In this document: one piece after another, positions 54,470 to 63,442 of the stretch
How positions within the stretch are numbered: the first letter of the stretch is position 1
Layout: each line of letters opens with the position of its first letter
Source: an uncultured Christensenella sp.
GTDB lineage: Bacteria; Bacillota; Clostridia; Christensenellales; CAG-138
Reading direction: 5' to 3'
DNA: 64,000 nucleotides
NCBI GenBank assembly: GCA_964383635.1
Contig: CAYLIG010000001.1
Location: 8,361-72,360, forward strand
Position numbers and translations under genes: made by a program
The notes under the pieces: model-generated
The model's database searches: none
What the model saw: only the letters and a program-made list of their open reading frames with translations
What the model was told of the DNA's origin: nothing

Positions 54470-56092
54470 TTATTCGCGTTCCCATTCTTTGCTGATTTCG
54501 TTGATCTGGTTGGTGACGCTCCGGATTTCACGGTTGCTGCGGCCCTGAGCGGAGCGGATGAGGCCGCCGAGACGATCCAGCGCATTGAGCAGCTGCTGAT
54601 ACGGCGTGTCCTTGGGGCGTTCCTCTCGCTGCGCGCGCTCGCCGTGCTCGCGTTCGGCGATGGGTTCCGGTTTTGCCTCGAAGATATACTCGTTTTTGAC
54701 CAGATCGTAGGTTGAACCGCTGAACGGCGACGTCGCCGGGAGTCCGAACTCATCCTTCAGTCGCGCGGTAAACAGATCGCACACTTCGGTGTCGCCGTGG
54801 TTGACGAACACGCGGCGGGGTTTCGGCGAAAAATGCGTCGCCCACCTGATGAGCATGTTGGAGTCGCCGTGTCCGCTGATGCCGGGCAGCTGCTTGATCT
54901 CGGCGTTGACGCGGATCGTCTCGCCGAAGAGTTTGACCTTTTCCGCGCCTTCGATGAGCGCGCGCCCGAGCGTGCCGCTCGCCTGAAAGCCCACAAACAG
55001 GATGGTGTTGTTCGCGTTCCACAGACCGTGCTTGAGGTGGTGCTTGATGCGTCCCGCCTCGCACATGCCGCTGGCCGAGAGGATCACCTTGCTGCGGGTG
55101 TCAAAGTTGATCGCTTTGGACTCGTCGCTGGATTCGGTGACGGTCAGCCCGTCGAACGAGAGCGGGTTGATGCCCGCGTCGATGAACGCCTTTGCCTCCG
55201 CGTCGTAGCAGAATTCGCCGTTTTCAACATAGATGCGCGTGGCCGCGTTGGCCAGCGGGCTGTCCACAAACACCGGGAACCCGTCGTGGCCGCGGAGGAG
55301 GCCTTCGTCCTTGATGCGCCGGATGAAATACAGCATCTCCTGTGTGCGCCCGACGGCGAACGAGGGGACGATGACGCTGCCGCCGCGGTCGAACGTCTTT
55401 TGCAGCACGTCCGCCAGTGCTTTGGCGTAGTCCGGCGGCGCGTCGTGCACGCGGTCGCCATAGGTGGACTCGACCATGATATAGTCCGCCTCATCCACGA
55501 GCGAGGGATCGCGCAGCAGCGGCTGGTTGACGTTGCCGATGTCGCCGGAGAAGACCATCTTGCGCTGCTCGCCGTCCTCGTCGATCCAAACCTCGATATA
55601 CGCCGACCCCAGCAGGTGCCCCGCGTCGGTGAAGCGAACCTCGATTCCGTCGAACAGCGTGAATTTTTCATCATAGCGGTGCGGAACGAACAGCTTGAGA
55701 GCGCCCTGCGCGTCCTCCATGGTGTAGAGCGGGACATACGGCTTTTCGCCGCTGCGCTCGCCTTTGCGGTTTCGCCACTCGGCCTCGAATTCCTGGATGT
55801 GCGCGCTGTCGCGCAGCATGATGTCGCAGAGATTGCAGGTCGGTTTCGTGGCGTGCACGGGGCCCTTGAACCCGTTTTTGTAGAGCAGCGGAAGAAGCCC
55901 GCTGTGATCCATATGCGCATGGGTAAGCAGCACTGCGTCGATTTCGGTCGGGAGTTCCGGCAGCGGAACATTCTGATAGAAGTCCTTGCCCTGCTCCATG
56001 CCGTAGTCCACGAGGATGTGTTTTCCGCAGATTTCGAGGTGCGTGCAGCTGCCGGTGACTTCGTGATCCGCTCCGATAAAGGTGAGTTTCAT
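54470..56092 (-). CDS. MBL-fold beta-CASP family hydrolase (RNA-metabolising type)
   Basis: MKLTFIGADHEVTGSC...LLTHAHMDHSG (HxHxDH). Beta-CASP-length core and a C-terminal charged extension. Confidence 0.8.
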   Translation of the reverse strand: MKLTFIGADHEVTGSCTHLEICGKHILVDYGMEQGKDFYQNVPLPELPTEIDAVLLTHAHMDHSGLLPLLYKNGFKGPVHATKPTCNLCDIMLRDSAHIQEFEAEWRNRKGERSGEKPYVPLYTMEDAQGALKLFVPHRYDEKFTLFDGIEVRFTDAGHLLGSAYIEVWIDEDGEQRKMVFSGDIGNVNQPLLRDPSLVDEADYIMVESTYGDRVHDAPPDYAKALADVLQKTFDRGGSVIVPSFAVGRTQEMLYFIRRIKDEGLLRGHDGFPVFVDSPLANAATRIYVENGEFCYDAEAKAFIDAGINPLSFDGLTVTESSDESKAINFDTRSKVILSASGMCEAGRIKHHLKHGLWNANNTILFVGFQASGTLGRALIEGAEKVKLFGETIRVNAEIKQLPGISGHGDSNMLIRWATHFSPKPRRVFVNHGDTEVCDLFTARLKDEFGLPATSPFSGSTYDLVKNEYIFEAKPEPIAEREHGERAQREERPKDTPYQQLLNALDRLGGLIRSAQGRSNREIRSVTNQINEISKEWERE

Positions 56093-56141
56093 AATTGTAT
56101 CATGGCCTTTCCGTGTATTCGTTCAGGGCGGTGCCGCGCGT

Positions 56142-57593
56142 TCAGGAAACGGGATAGGCGGCGAACGCCTGCAGGATTGCGTCGTGCAGATGCGTGTTTT
56201 CGTAGGTTCCAGAGAAAAATTCGGACCCTATGCCGATGGCAAAGACGGGTACGTCCAGCGCCGAATGCGCGCCGGAACCAAACACGAGTCCCGCGCGTTT
56301 GGCAACGAGCGCCGCGCAGGCGGAGGTGATGGGCTCATATACGCCGTATTCCTCGTTCGCTTTGCTGCTCGGCAGGTCGCCCGCGAGCGTATGCGCGTAG
56401 GCGGTGCGCAGATAGTCCGTCTCCTGCTGCGTTAGATCCGCCAGTCCGAACGCGTCCAGAAACAGCGGGAGCGCTTCTTCAAACGGCGTCTGCGCCGAGA
56501 TGCACTCGGCAACCAGCGTGTCGTCGCACAGATCACAGGAGATCTTTTGCCTTAAAAGCGCGGCGCGGTCGCCCTCGACAAACGAAACAAAGCCCGTTTC
56601 GTGATCCGCCGTGACGACGACCAGCGTCTCGCTCGGATGCAGCTCGTAAAACGCAAGCGCGCTCTGCACCGCCTCGTTAAAATCAAGCACCTCCGCGACG
56701 AACGAGCCCGCATCGTTGTAGTGGCAGAAATAATCGATGCGTCCGCCTTCTATCATCATAAAGAATCCCGCGGGATTGTCCAGCCGCGCAATCGCGAGGT
56801 CGGTCGCCTTTTTCAGCCAGTGTTCGCGCGCGCCGCCGTCTATTGCGGGCAGCACGCCGTAGTCGCCAAAGATCAGAGACGAGGACAGGATCAGCCCGCC
56901 TTCAGAAACGGCGGACGCCTCTTCAAACGAAGGAACCAGCGTATAGCCGTTTTCCGCCGCGCGATCCGCCGCGTCCGGCGTGTCGTGAAATCCGCCGCCG
57001 GCAAAAAAGTCAAATCCGCTGGCAAAGAGATCGTCCGCAATGGTCGCATAGGTGCGGCGGGAGTCCACGTGCGCGTAGAATCCGGCGGGCGTTGCGTGGT
57101 CGAGCGAAACGGTGGTGAGAATGCCGATGCGTTTGCCCGCGTCTCGCAGGGTTTCGGAGACGTCCGTCAGCCTGCCGCCGGATTCGTCCAGCCCGAGATA
57201 TCCGTTGACGGTTTTTACGCCCGTGGCGATGGCCGTTGCGGCGGCGGCTGAGTCCGTTATTTCGCCCTCGGCGTTTGTTGTGTGCGCGCTGCCAACGACC
57301 GGAAGGAGCGGAAAGCACAGCGGCTCGCCTCCCGCGGCGGCAAGCGCGTCGTCAGCCGCCATAATCTGCCCGTATCCCATGCCGTCTCCAATGAAGAGAA
57401 ACACATACCGAAGCTGCGGCGCGGGGATGGGCGTTGGCGCCTGAGACGGCGCGGCAGTTTCAACATGGATGACAATCTGCTCGGGAGATGGGGTTGCCGC
57501 GGGCAGGACGGAACGGCCGCAGCCGATGCATGCCGGGATGAGCAGCGCGGCGAGAAAGATTGCGATTCGCATTTTTTGAGCGTGCGAAAACAT
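56142..57593 (-). CDS. Alkaline phosphatase family lipoprotein
   Basis: Lipobox LIPACIGCG. FIGDGMG and TDSAAAATA (active-site Ser) blocks. Confidence 0.8.
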   Translation of the reverse strand: MFSHAQKMRIAIFLAALLIPACIGCGRSVLPAATPSPEQIVIHVETAAPSQAPTPIPAPQLRYVFLFIGDGMGYGQIMAADDALAAAGGEPLCFPLLPVVGSAHTTNAEGEITDSAAAATAIATGVKTVNGYLGLDESGGRLTDVSETLRDAGKRIGILTTVSLDHATPAGFYAHVDSRRTYATIADDLFASGFDFFAGGGFHDTPDAADRAAENGYTLVPSFEEASAVSEGGLILSSSLIFGDYGVLPAIDGGAREHWLKKATDLAIARLDNPAGFFMMIEGGRIDYFCHYNDAGSFVAEVLDFNEAVQSALAFYELHPSETLVVVTADHETGFVSFVEGDRAALLRQKISCDLCDDTLVAECISAQTPFEEALPLFLDAFGLADLTQQETDYLRTAYAHTLAGDLPSSKANEEYGVYEPITSACAALVAKRAGLVFGSGAHSALDVPVFAIGIGSEFFSGTYENTHLHDAILQAFAAYPVS

Positions 57594-57598
57594 AAATC

Positions 57599-57627
57599 AT
57601 TTTAGCATGATTTTCCTTTGCGTACAA
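57599..57627 (-). promoter_or_regulatory. Promoter TTGTAC-17-TGcTAAAAT ending 5 nt before the alkaline phosphatase ATG (leaderless mRNA predicted)
   Basis: Minus strand reads TTGTAC gcaaaggaaaatcatgc TAAAAT gattt ATG. Confidence 0.45.
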
Positions 57628-57717
57628 CTGGACGCGGACGCACACCAATGGTAAGATATATTCAGAAGTATGCATTGTTGCAATGTAACAAACGGCGGAA
57701 GGATACGCAGCTGACAT

Positions 57718-58803
57718 ATGCGAAAGACACTAACTGCGCCGACGCTCGGCGTGATTGTACTGACTTGCCTGATGCTTGCCGCCTGTGCCGTAACCGGTAC
57801 ACCGGCGCAGGAACCCGCCGCGACAGACGCTGCCGGCTATGCGGCAATCGAACAGCCGCCGCTCGAGCCGACGCAGGCGCCGACGCAGGCGCCGACCCCG
57901 GCCCCGACCGCAACGCCGATCCCTGAGCCGACGCCGTTTTCTTTTGCCTGGATCAGCGATACGCAGGCGTATACCGCCAAGGACAGCGACGTATTCGGAA
58001 CCATGACGCAGTGGATTGCTGACACGCAAGACGAATACAACACGGTGCTGACCCTCCATACGGGGGACATCGTCTATAACGCATATCAGGATTATCAGTG
58101 GCAGAACAGCGTCGCCGCATTTGCCCGGTTGCCGGAGGGGATGCATATTGTCACGGCGCAGGGAAACCACGACCAGCTGCGCAAGGAAGACCCGCACACA
58201 CCCTATCTGGACAACCGGCCGGATACGGATTTCGATTTGCAGCACGCGTTTGATCCCGAGGGGTATACGTATTATACGACGTTTACCGAAGGCGGCGTGC
58301 CGTTTTTGGTGTTCTCTCTTTCTTACGGGATGGAGGTAACCGCCGCGGACTGGATCAACGAAGTATGCGGCCGGTATGCCGATCATTACGCCGTGCTCTG
58401 CCTGCACAACTACATCGACACGGCGGGGTATACCTCGGTCGGCAGGCGGCTCATTGAAAAGGTGGTCATGCGCTCGCCGAACATCCGCCTTGTCGTCTGC
58501 GGCCACGCGCACGGCTCCGTTTATAAGCCGGAGGCGATAGACGACGACGGGGACGGCGCGCCGGATCGCACGGTGCACCAGATGCTTTTCAACGTTCAGG
58601 ACGACGGAGCCAATGCCGTTGGATTTTTGCGGATTCTTCGTTTCGACCCGAAAGCGGATACCATCGAGGTGATCACCTATTCGCCTTGCCTGCAGAAGTT
58701 TGGCTATGAAGACCGGTATGGCGACCATTTCGGCGAGAGCCGGATACTCGAAGACGCGGGTCTTGGCGATTTTATGACGGACGGAACCGCGCAGCTGCAT
58801 TAA
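57718..58803 (+). CDS. Metallophosphoesterase lipoprotein
   Basis: Lipobox LMLAAC, a PTQA-repeat linker, then SDTQ...HTGDIVYN...QGNHD...CGHAHG blocks. Confidence 0.75.
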   Translation: MRKTLTAPTLGVIVLTCLMLAACAVTGTPAQEPAATDAAGYAAIEQPPLEPTQAPTQAPTPAPTATPIPEPTPFSFAWISDTQAYTAKDSDVFGTMTQWIADTQDEYNTVLTLHTGDIVYNAYQDYQWQNSVAAFARLPEGMHIVTAQGNHDQLRKEDPHTPYLDNRPDTDFDLQHAFDPEGYTYYTTFTEGGVPFLVFSLSYGMEVTAADWINEVCGRYADHYAVLCLHNYIDTAGYTSVGRRLIEKVVMRSPNIRLVVCGHAHGSVYKPEAIDDDGDGAPDRTVHQMLFNVQDDGANAVGFLRILRFDPKADTIEVITYSPCLQKFGYEDRYGDHFGESRILEDAGLGDFMTDGTAQLH

Positions 58804-58865
58804 ACAACCGCGCAACAATGGTTCATCAATCAAAGTGTGAATAACCATACAGGAGGAAACCAAAC

Positions 58866-61406
58866 ATGAGCCCTGACAACAGGCCGGGCGGACGGTCCAG
58901 AAGAACCGTTTCCGGCGGAGGGAATGTCTATCGCCGCGGGAGCGGACTTGGCGGCGGCAGCGTGGGCGGCGGTCCGCGCGGTTCATCCGGCGGTTCGTTT
59001 GGCGGCGGATCCGGCGATAATCGTGGAACCGGCGGCGGCGGACTGCTCGCCGTGCTGCTGGCGCTGCTCATCGGCGGCGCGAGCAATAACGCTAACGGCA
59101 GCAACAAGCGCGGCTGTCTTGGACGGCTCCTCGTGCTCGCGCTGATCGTCGTCGGCGTCATATTCCTGTTTAACATGTGCTCTGGCAGTTCGTCCGGCAG
59201 TTTTCTGAACGATCTGCTCGGCAGCTACACCACGACGGACAGCACGCTGACCGGCACGGATACGACGGACAGTTCCACTTCGTCCGGATCGCTTTCGGAC
59301 ACGCTGGGCTCGCTGCTGGGTTCCTACGGCAGCACGACGGGGCAGATTTCGGCGGTGTCCAGCTCGGACGATGTCTATAAGGTGCACGAACCGGATCGCA
59401 CGGTGGACGCCGCGGCGCGGGATAAATACACCGACACCGCCTCCGCCAAGACCGTTACCGTGCTGATCTACATGTGCGGAACCGACCTTGAAAGTAAGAG
59501 CGGCATGGCGACGGCGGATCTGCAGGAGATGCTCAGCGCGACGCTGAGCGACAACGTGCGCGTCATCGTCGAAACCGGCGGCGCGTCACGCTGGCAGAAT
59601 TCCGTGATCAAGAGCGGGACGAACCAGCGCTTCCGCCTCAAGCAGGGCGGTCTGGAGACGCTGGATTCAAACGTCGGCAAGCGATCCATGGTCGACCCCG
59701 ACACGCTGGCGGACTTCATTCAGTTCGGACGCAAGAATTATCCGGCGGATCGCTATATGCTGATTTTGTGGGATCACGGCGGCGGCTCGCTGACGGGCTA
59801 CGGCTATGACGAGCTGTATCCGGACGGCAGCATGAGCCTCGACGAGATCAACACCGCGCTTGCAAACGGCGGCGTGAAGTTCGACATCATCGGCTTTGAC
59901 GCTTGCCTGATGGCCACGCTGGAGACGGCGCTCGTTGCCGAGCAGTATGCGGACTATCTGATCGCTTCCGAGGCGGTAGAGCCCGGCACGGGCTGGTATT
60001 ACACCAACTGGCTTTCCAGCCTTTCCGCCGATCCCGCGATCGATTCGCTGGATCTGGGCAAGGAGATCATCGACGACTATGTCAAGATGAGCGGCGAAAG
60101 CGCCCAGACGACGCTCTCCATGACCGACCTTGCGCAGCTTAGCGGGACGGTTCCGGCGGCGTTTAGCACGTTTGCCTCGTCCACCGGCGAGTTGATTGCA
60201 GGCAGCGGGTTCGATCAGGTTGCAAGCGCGAGAAGCGGGTCGAGGGATTTTTCGACCAGCAGCAAGATCAATCAGATCGATTTGATCCACTTCGCGCAAA
60301 ATCTGGGTACGACGGAATCCGACGCACTGGCCGACGCGCTTAGCGCCGCGGTAAAATACAATCGAAACTCCACTGCCATCTCGCATGCAAACGGGCTTTC
60401 GATCTATTTTCCGTATCAGTCGATGAGCAAGGTCAGCACCGCGATTAAAACCTATAACGCAATCGGCATGGACAAGAGCTATTCCGAGTGCATCAAGAGC
60501 TTCGCCTCCGTCGCCGCGGGCGGCCAGGTGGCCAGCGGATCGAGCGAAAGCGCGCTCGGCACGCTGCTTGGCGACAACACGGGCAGTCTGCTCGGCACGC
60601 TGCTCGGCGGATCGACCAGCGCGAGCGACACGGCCAGCGGTTCGGCGGACACCGTTACGCAGCTGCTGGAGCTCTTCCTCTCCAACCGCAGCGTGGTCAC
60701 GGGCGACAAGGACTCGAGCTGGGTGGATGAGTCGCTCGTCCTCGCCTCGGCGGCCGACTACCAGGCGAATAACGCCGGCTTTGCGAACCTCATGATCACC
60801 TATAAGGGCGACACGCCGACGCTGGTGCTCACCGAGGAACAGTGGAGCAAGGTGGTCACGCTCGAGCAGAACGTGTATGTTGACGACGGCGAGGGGTATA
60901 TCGACCTCGGCCTTGACAACATTGCCGACTACGACGCGGACAACGACCTCATCATGGCGTACGACGGCACATGGCTCTCGCTCAACGGGCAGATCGTCGC
61001 GTACTATCTCGTCAGCGAAGATCAGGTGGGCGAAGGCTACACGATCCTCGGACGCGTTCCTGCAATGCTCAACGGCACGCGCGTCAACATCATTCTCGAG
61101 TTTTCGGACGCAAATCCGTACGGAACGGTGCTCGGCGCGCAGTATGACTATGCGGCGACGTCGACCGAAACGGTTATGAAGGGGCTTGTGGAGATCAAAG
61201 AAGGGGACGAGATCGACTTCCTTTGCGACTACTACAACTACGACGGAACGTTCAACGACGCATATATGCTCGGCGAGCAGATGATCGCAACGGGGGACTG
61301 GACGATCGGCAACGCGACGATCGGCGACGTGAACTGGCAGATGTGCTATCGCCTGACGGACGTCTACGGCGGGCAGTACTGGACGCCGACGGTCTCGAAC
61401 TACTAA
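58866..61406 (+). CDS. Clostripain-related cysteine peptidase (family C11) with Gly-rich N-terminal tail and TM anchor
   Basis: ATG 58866 after AGGAGGAAA. VLIYMCGTDLES...YMLILWDHGGG...IGFDACLMATLE (C11 His/Cys dyad context). About 60 Gly/Ser/Arg-rich residues precede two hydrophobic spans. Confidence 0.75.
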   Translation: MSPDNRPGGRSRRTVSGGGNVYRRGSGLGGGSVGGGPRGSSGGSFGGGSGDNRGTGGGGLLAVLLALLIGGASNNANGSNKRGCLGRLLVLALIVVGVIFLFNMCSGSSSGSFLNDLLGSYTTTDSTLTGTDTTDSSTSSGSLSDTLGSLLGSYGSTTGQISAVSSSDDVYKVHEPDRTVDAAARDKYTDTASAKTVTVLIYMCGTDLESKSGMATADLQEMLSATLSDNVRVIVETGGASRWQNSVIKSGTNQRFRLKQGGLETLDSNVGKRSMVDPDTLADFIQFGRKNYPADRYMLILWDHGGGSLTGYGYDELYPDGSMSLDEINTALANGGVKFDIIGFDACLMATLETALVAEQYADYLIASEAVEPGTGWYYTNWLSSLSADPAIDSLDLGKEIIDDYVKMSGESAQTTLSMTDLAQLSGTVPAAFSTFASSTGELIAGSGFDQVASARSGSRDFSTSSKINQIDLIHFAQNLGTTESDALADALSAAVKYNRNSTAISHANGLSIYFPYQSMSKVSTAIKTYNAIGMDKSYSECIKSFASVAAGGQVASGSSESALGTLLGDNTGSLLGTLLGGSTSASDTASGSADTVTQLLELFLSNRSVVTGDKDSSWVDESLVLASAADYQANNAGFANLMITYKGDTPTLVLTEEQWSKVVTLEQNVYVDDGEGYIDLGLDNIADYDADNDLIMAYDGTWLSLNGQIVAYYLVSEDQVGEGYTILGRVPAMLNGTRVNIILEFSDANPYGTVLGAQYDYAATSTETVMKGLVEIKEGDEIDFLCDYYNYDGTFNDAYMLGEQMIATGDWTIGNATIGDVNWQMCYRLTDVYGGQYWTPTVSNY

Positions 61407-61424
61407 CCGATAGCAAATTCAATA

Positions 61425-61458
61425 GACAAGCGCCGCGGCAATTGCCGCGGCGCTTGTC
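61425..61458. terminator. Bidirectional intrinsic terminator
   Basis: GACAAGCGCCGCGGC-AATT-GCCGCGGCGCTTGTC, a 15-bp stem. Confidence 0.75.
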
Positions 61459-61476
61459 GTGTTTGAACGACTATTT

Positions 61477-62052
61477 TTATTGTTCCTCGTGCAAAAACCG
61501 CTCCCATACGGCGGGCAGCTTATCCTGCACAAAGCGCGTGTAGGCATTTTCCAGCTCACCGGCGGAAAAGCTCTCGCGCAGCTCCTCGAGCACGATGCCG
61601 TACCAGAGCGAGAGCGAGGCGGGGGTCAGGGCTTCATATCGCTGGACGACGAGCCTGCCTTCCTGCTCGCGCCGGAGCAGCCACGCGCCGAGGTCTTCAA
61701 TTGTATCCGCGTGCGAAACGGGGATCGGCTCCGGCGAAAGGCGCAGGCTCTGGTGCGTCGGAAACCGCAGGAGCGTCTTATCGTCCGCCTCGCAGCAGTA
61801 GAGATACCCTTTCTTGCCGGAAAACGTGTCCGCAAAAGCGTTTTTCCAAACCTCGGTATAGGTGATCCGCCCCTGCGCATCGTAGGTGTACGGCACCCAG
61901 TAGTACGGGCGCTCGACCACGCGAGCCGCGTAAAACGCCGCCGAAACGTCGCTGGTTGTAAAATATACATATGGCCTGCCGTGATCGGCGGTAAACGGCT
62001 GCAGGGTACGGATACCGCCGGTGGAGGAGCCGTGGTAGAGGAGAATTGACAT
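61477..62052 (-). CDS. Hypothetical protein (191 aa)
   Basis: ATG 62052 after GGGAGGG. Balanced, protein-like composition, unlike the Arg-rich plus-strand ORF it overlaps. No family recognised with confidence. Confidence 0.55.
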   Translation of the reverse strand: MSILLYHGSSTGGIRTLQPFTADHGRPYVYFTTSDVSAAFYAARVVERPYYWVPYTYDAQGRITYTEVWKNAFADTFSGKKGYLYCCEADDKTLLRFPTHQSLRLSPEPIPVSHADTIEDLGAWLLRREQEGRLVVQRYEALTPASLSLWYGIVLEELRESFSAGELENAYTRFVQDKLPAVWERFLHEEQ

Positions 62053-62325
62053 ACGCCCTCCCGGAAATGCGGAAAATGAAGTGCTTCCACTTGATTTTAA
62101 CACGATCCTGTGCAAATAATAAAGCAAAAGATATTCCGGCTGGTTTCACAGTTGACACGGTGGCATTGCACAGGAAAGGACGGTATTCTGCCGACTTGGG
62201 CGAGTGCCGGGTGCAGAACGCATAACGCAGGGGTTTATGCGTAAATTTTCCACGGAAAATTCAAAATTAGACGGGGCGAAGCGTTGCCCGATATGGTATA
62301 ATAAGCGCGTTAGGCAGGAGATTCC

Positions 62326-62526
62326 ATGAAAACAAAAGTTCGCAAGCTCGACGGACTGCCGATCGAGGAACCGGTGCTGGACGACGAAGGCCTGCGCAGG
62401 CAGAAAGAGCTCTCCGAGCTTGCCGTGCGGGAATATGAAGAATCCGGCAGGCTCACGGGCAGGACGCTCAGCGAAAAGGTCATCGCATACGAAACAGACA
62501 TCGCCGATCATGTGATCGACGAGTGA
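62326..62526 (+). CDS. Small acidic hypothetical protein (66 aa)
   Basis: ATG 62326 after GCAGGAG. An extended -10 TGgTATAAT (62294-62302) lies upstream, and the ORF ends 50 nt upstream of cdaA. Confidence 0.4.
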   Translation: MKTKVRKLDGLPIEEPVLDDEGLRRQKELSELAVREYEESGRLTGRTLSEKVIAYETDIADHVIDE

Positions 62527-62575
62527 TTTTTTTATCCTTGCGCGGGGAAGAATTTAAGGAAAGGGGAACGGGATA

Positions 62576-63442
62576 TTGTCGTATAACAGCATTACAAGAG
62601 CGCTTGCCAGCGGCTTTTCGCAGTTCTCGATCCTGGACTTTCTCGATATCGTCATCATCGCCGTTCTGATCTATAAACTTATCGTCTGGACCAAGGAAAC
62701 GCGTGCATATGAGGTGCTCAAAGGCGTTGGGCTCCTGTTTTTGTGTTCCATCGTTAGCCAGCTGCTCTCGCTGACCACGCTGAGCTGGCTGCTTGATTCC
62801 ATACTGACGTCCGGTTCGATCATCATCGTGCTGTTCATCCTGTTTCAGCCGGAGATCCGCCGCGTGCTTGAAAAACTCGGCCGTAGCGGCAAGCGTCTCG
62901 GCAAGGCCTGGTTCGATGCCTCCAGCATGAAGAGCACGGCGCTGATTCGGGACATGCAGACCGCGATTCTCTCGCTTTCCCGCCGCCGCGTCGGTGCGCT
63001 GATCGTCTTTGAGCAGAAGACCGGTCTTGGCGACATCATCAGCACGGGCACGCGCATCGAGGGCATCCTCTCCGGCGCGCTGATCGAAAACATCTTCGAA
63101 CCGAACACGCCGCTTCACGACGGCGCGGTCGTCGTCCGCGGATCTACGCTGATTGCCGCGGGCTGCTTTCTGCCGCTGTCGGACGATCTCACCGTTTCCC
63201 GCGAGCTGGGCACGCGCCACCGCGCGGCGCTCGGCGTATCGACCGTTTCGGACAGCGTGACCATCATCGTCTCCGAGGAGACGGGCGCGATCTCCATTGC
63301 GCGGGACGGCAAGCTCGTGCGCTACATTGACGCAAAGGCGCTCTCGAATGTGCTGGAAAGCCTGTTTTTGCAAACAGGCGGTACGTCCGCGTTCAGCTGG
63401 ATCAAACGCAAGCCATCGGAGGGGTCGCATGAACATTCCTAG
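62576..63442 (+). CDS. cdaA: Diadenylate cyclase CdaA (membrane-anchored DisA_N domain)
   Basis: Three N-terminal TM spans. LHDGAVVV and GTRHRAALG motifs. Confidence 0.9.
   Translation: MSYNSITRALASGFSQFSILDFLDIVIIAVLIYKLIVWTKETRAYEVLKGVGLLFLCSIVSQLLSLTTLSWLLDSILTSGSIIIVLFILFQPEIRRVLEKLGRSGKRLGKAWFDASSMKSTALIRDMQTAILSLSRRRVGALIVFEQKTGLGDIISTGTRIEGILSGALIENIFEPNTPLHDGAVVVRGSTLIAAGCFLPLSDDLTVSRELGTRHRAALGVSTVSDSVTIIVSEETGAISIARDGKLVRYIDAKALSNVLESLFLQTGGTSAFSWIKRKPSEGSHEHS

Noticed and set aside
54797-56329. 510-aa plus-strand ORF opposite the beta-CASP hydrolase gene. The same pattern occurs at 57730-58986, 38540-39697, 43633-44838, 12254-13261, 8811-9812, 2879-4039, 4979-5920, 49815-50879 and 61459-62049.
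   Set aside because: All are antisense to genes with clear family motifs. They have biased Arg/Ala/Asp/His composition and no SD. They are high-GC artefacts.
57868-57891. Short tandem DNA repeats: CCGACGCAGGCG x2 here, the 18-nt repeat at 15793-15843, and the GGC-rich stretch at 58900-59040. Considered as possible CRISPR or VNTR.
   Set aside because: All lie inside coding regions and encode Pro/Thr or Gly-rich linkers. There is no repeat-spacer architecture.
4916-62127. Longer upstream start codons offered by the ORF track: 4916, 5860, 7505, 11838, 12206, 13756, 15360, 25951, 29251, 30470, 30859, 40384, 40717, 51791, 51897 and 62127
   Set aside because: In each case an internal start has a proper SD, or matches the family N-terminus or signal peptide. 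The extension is Arg-rich, overlaps a neighbour, or covers a promoter or terminator.
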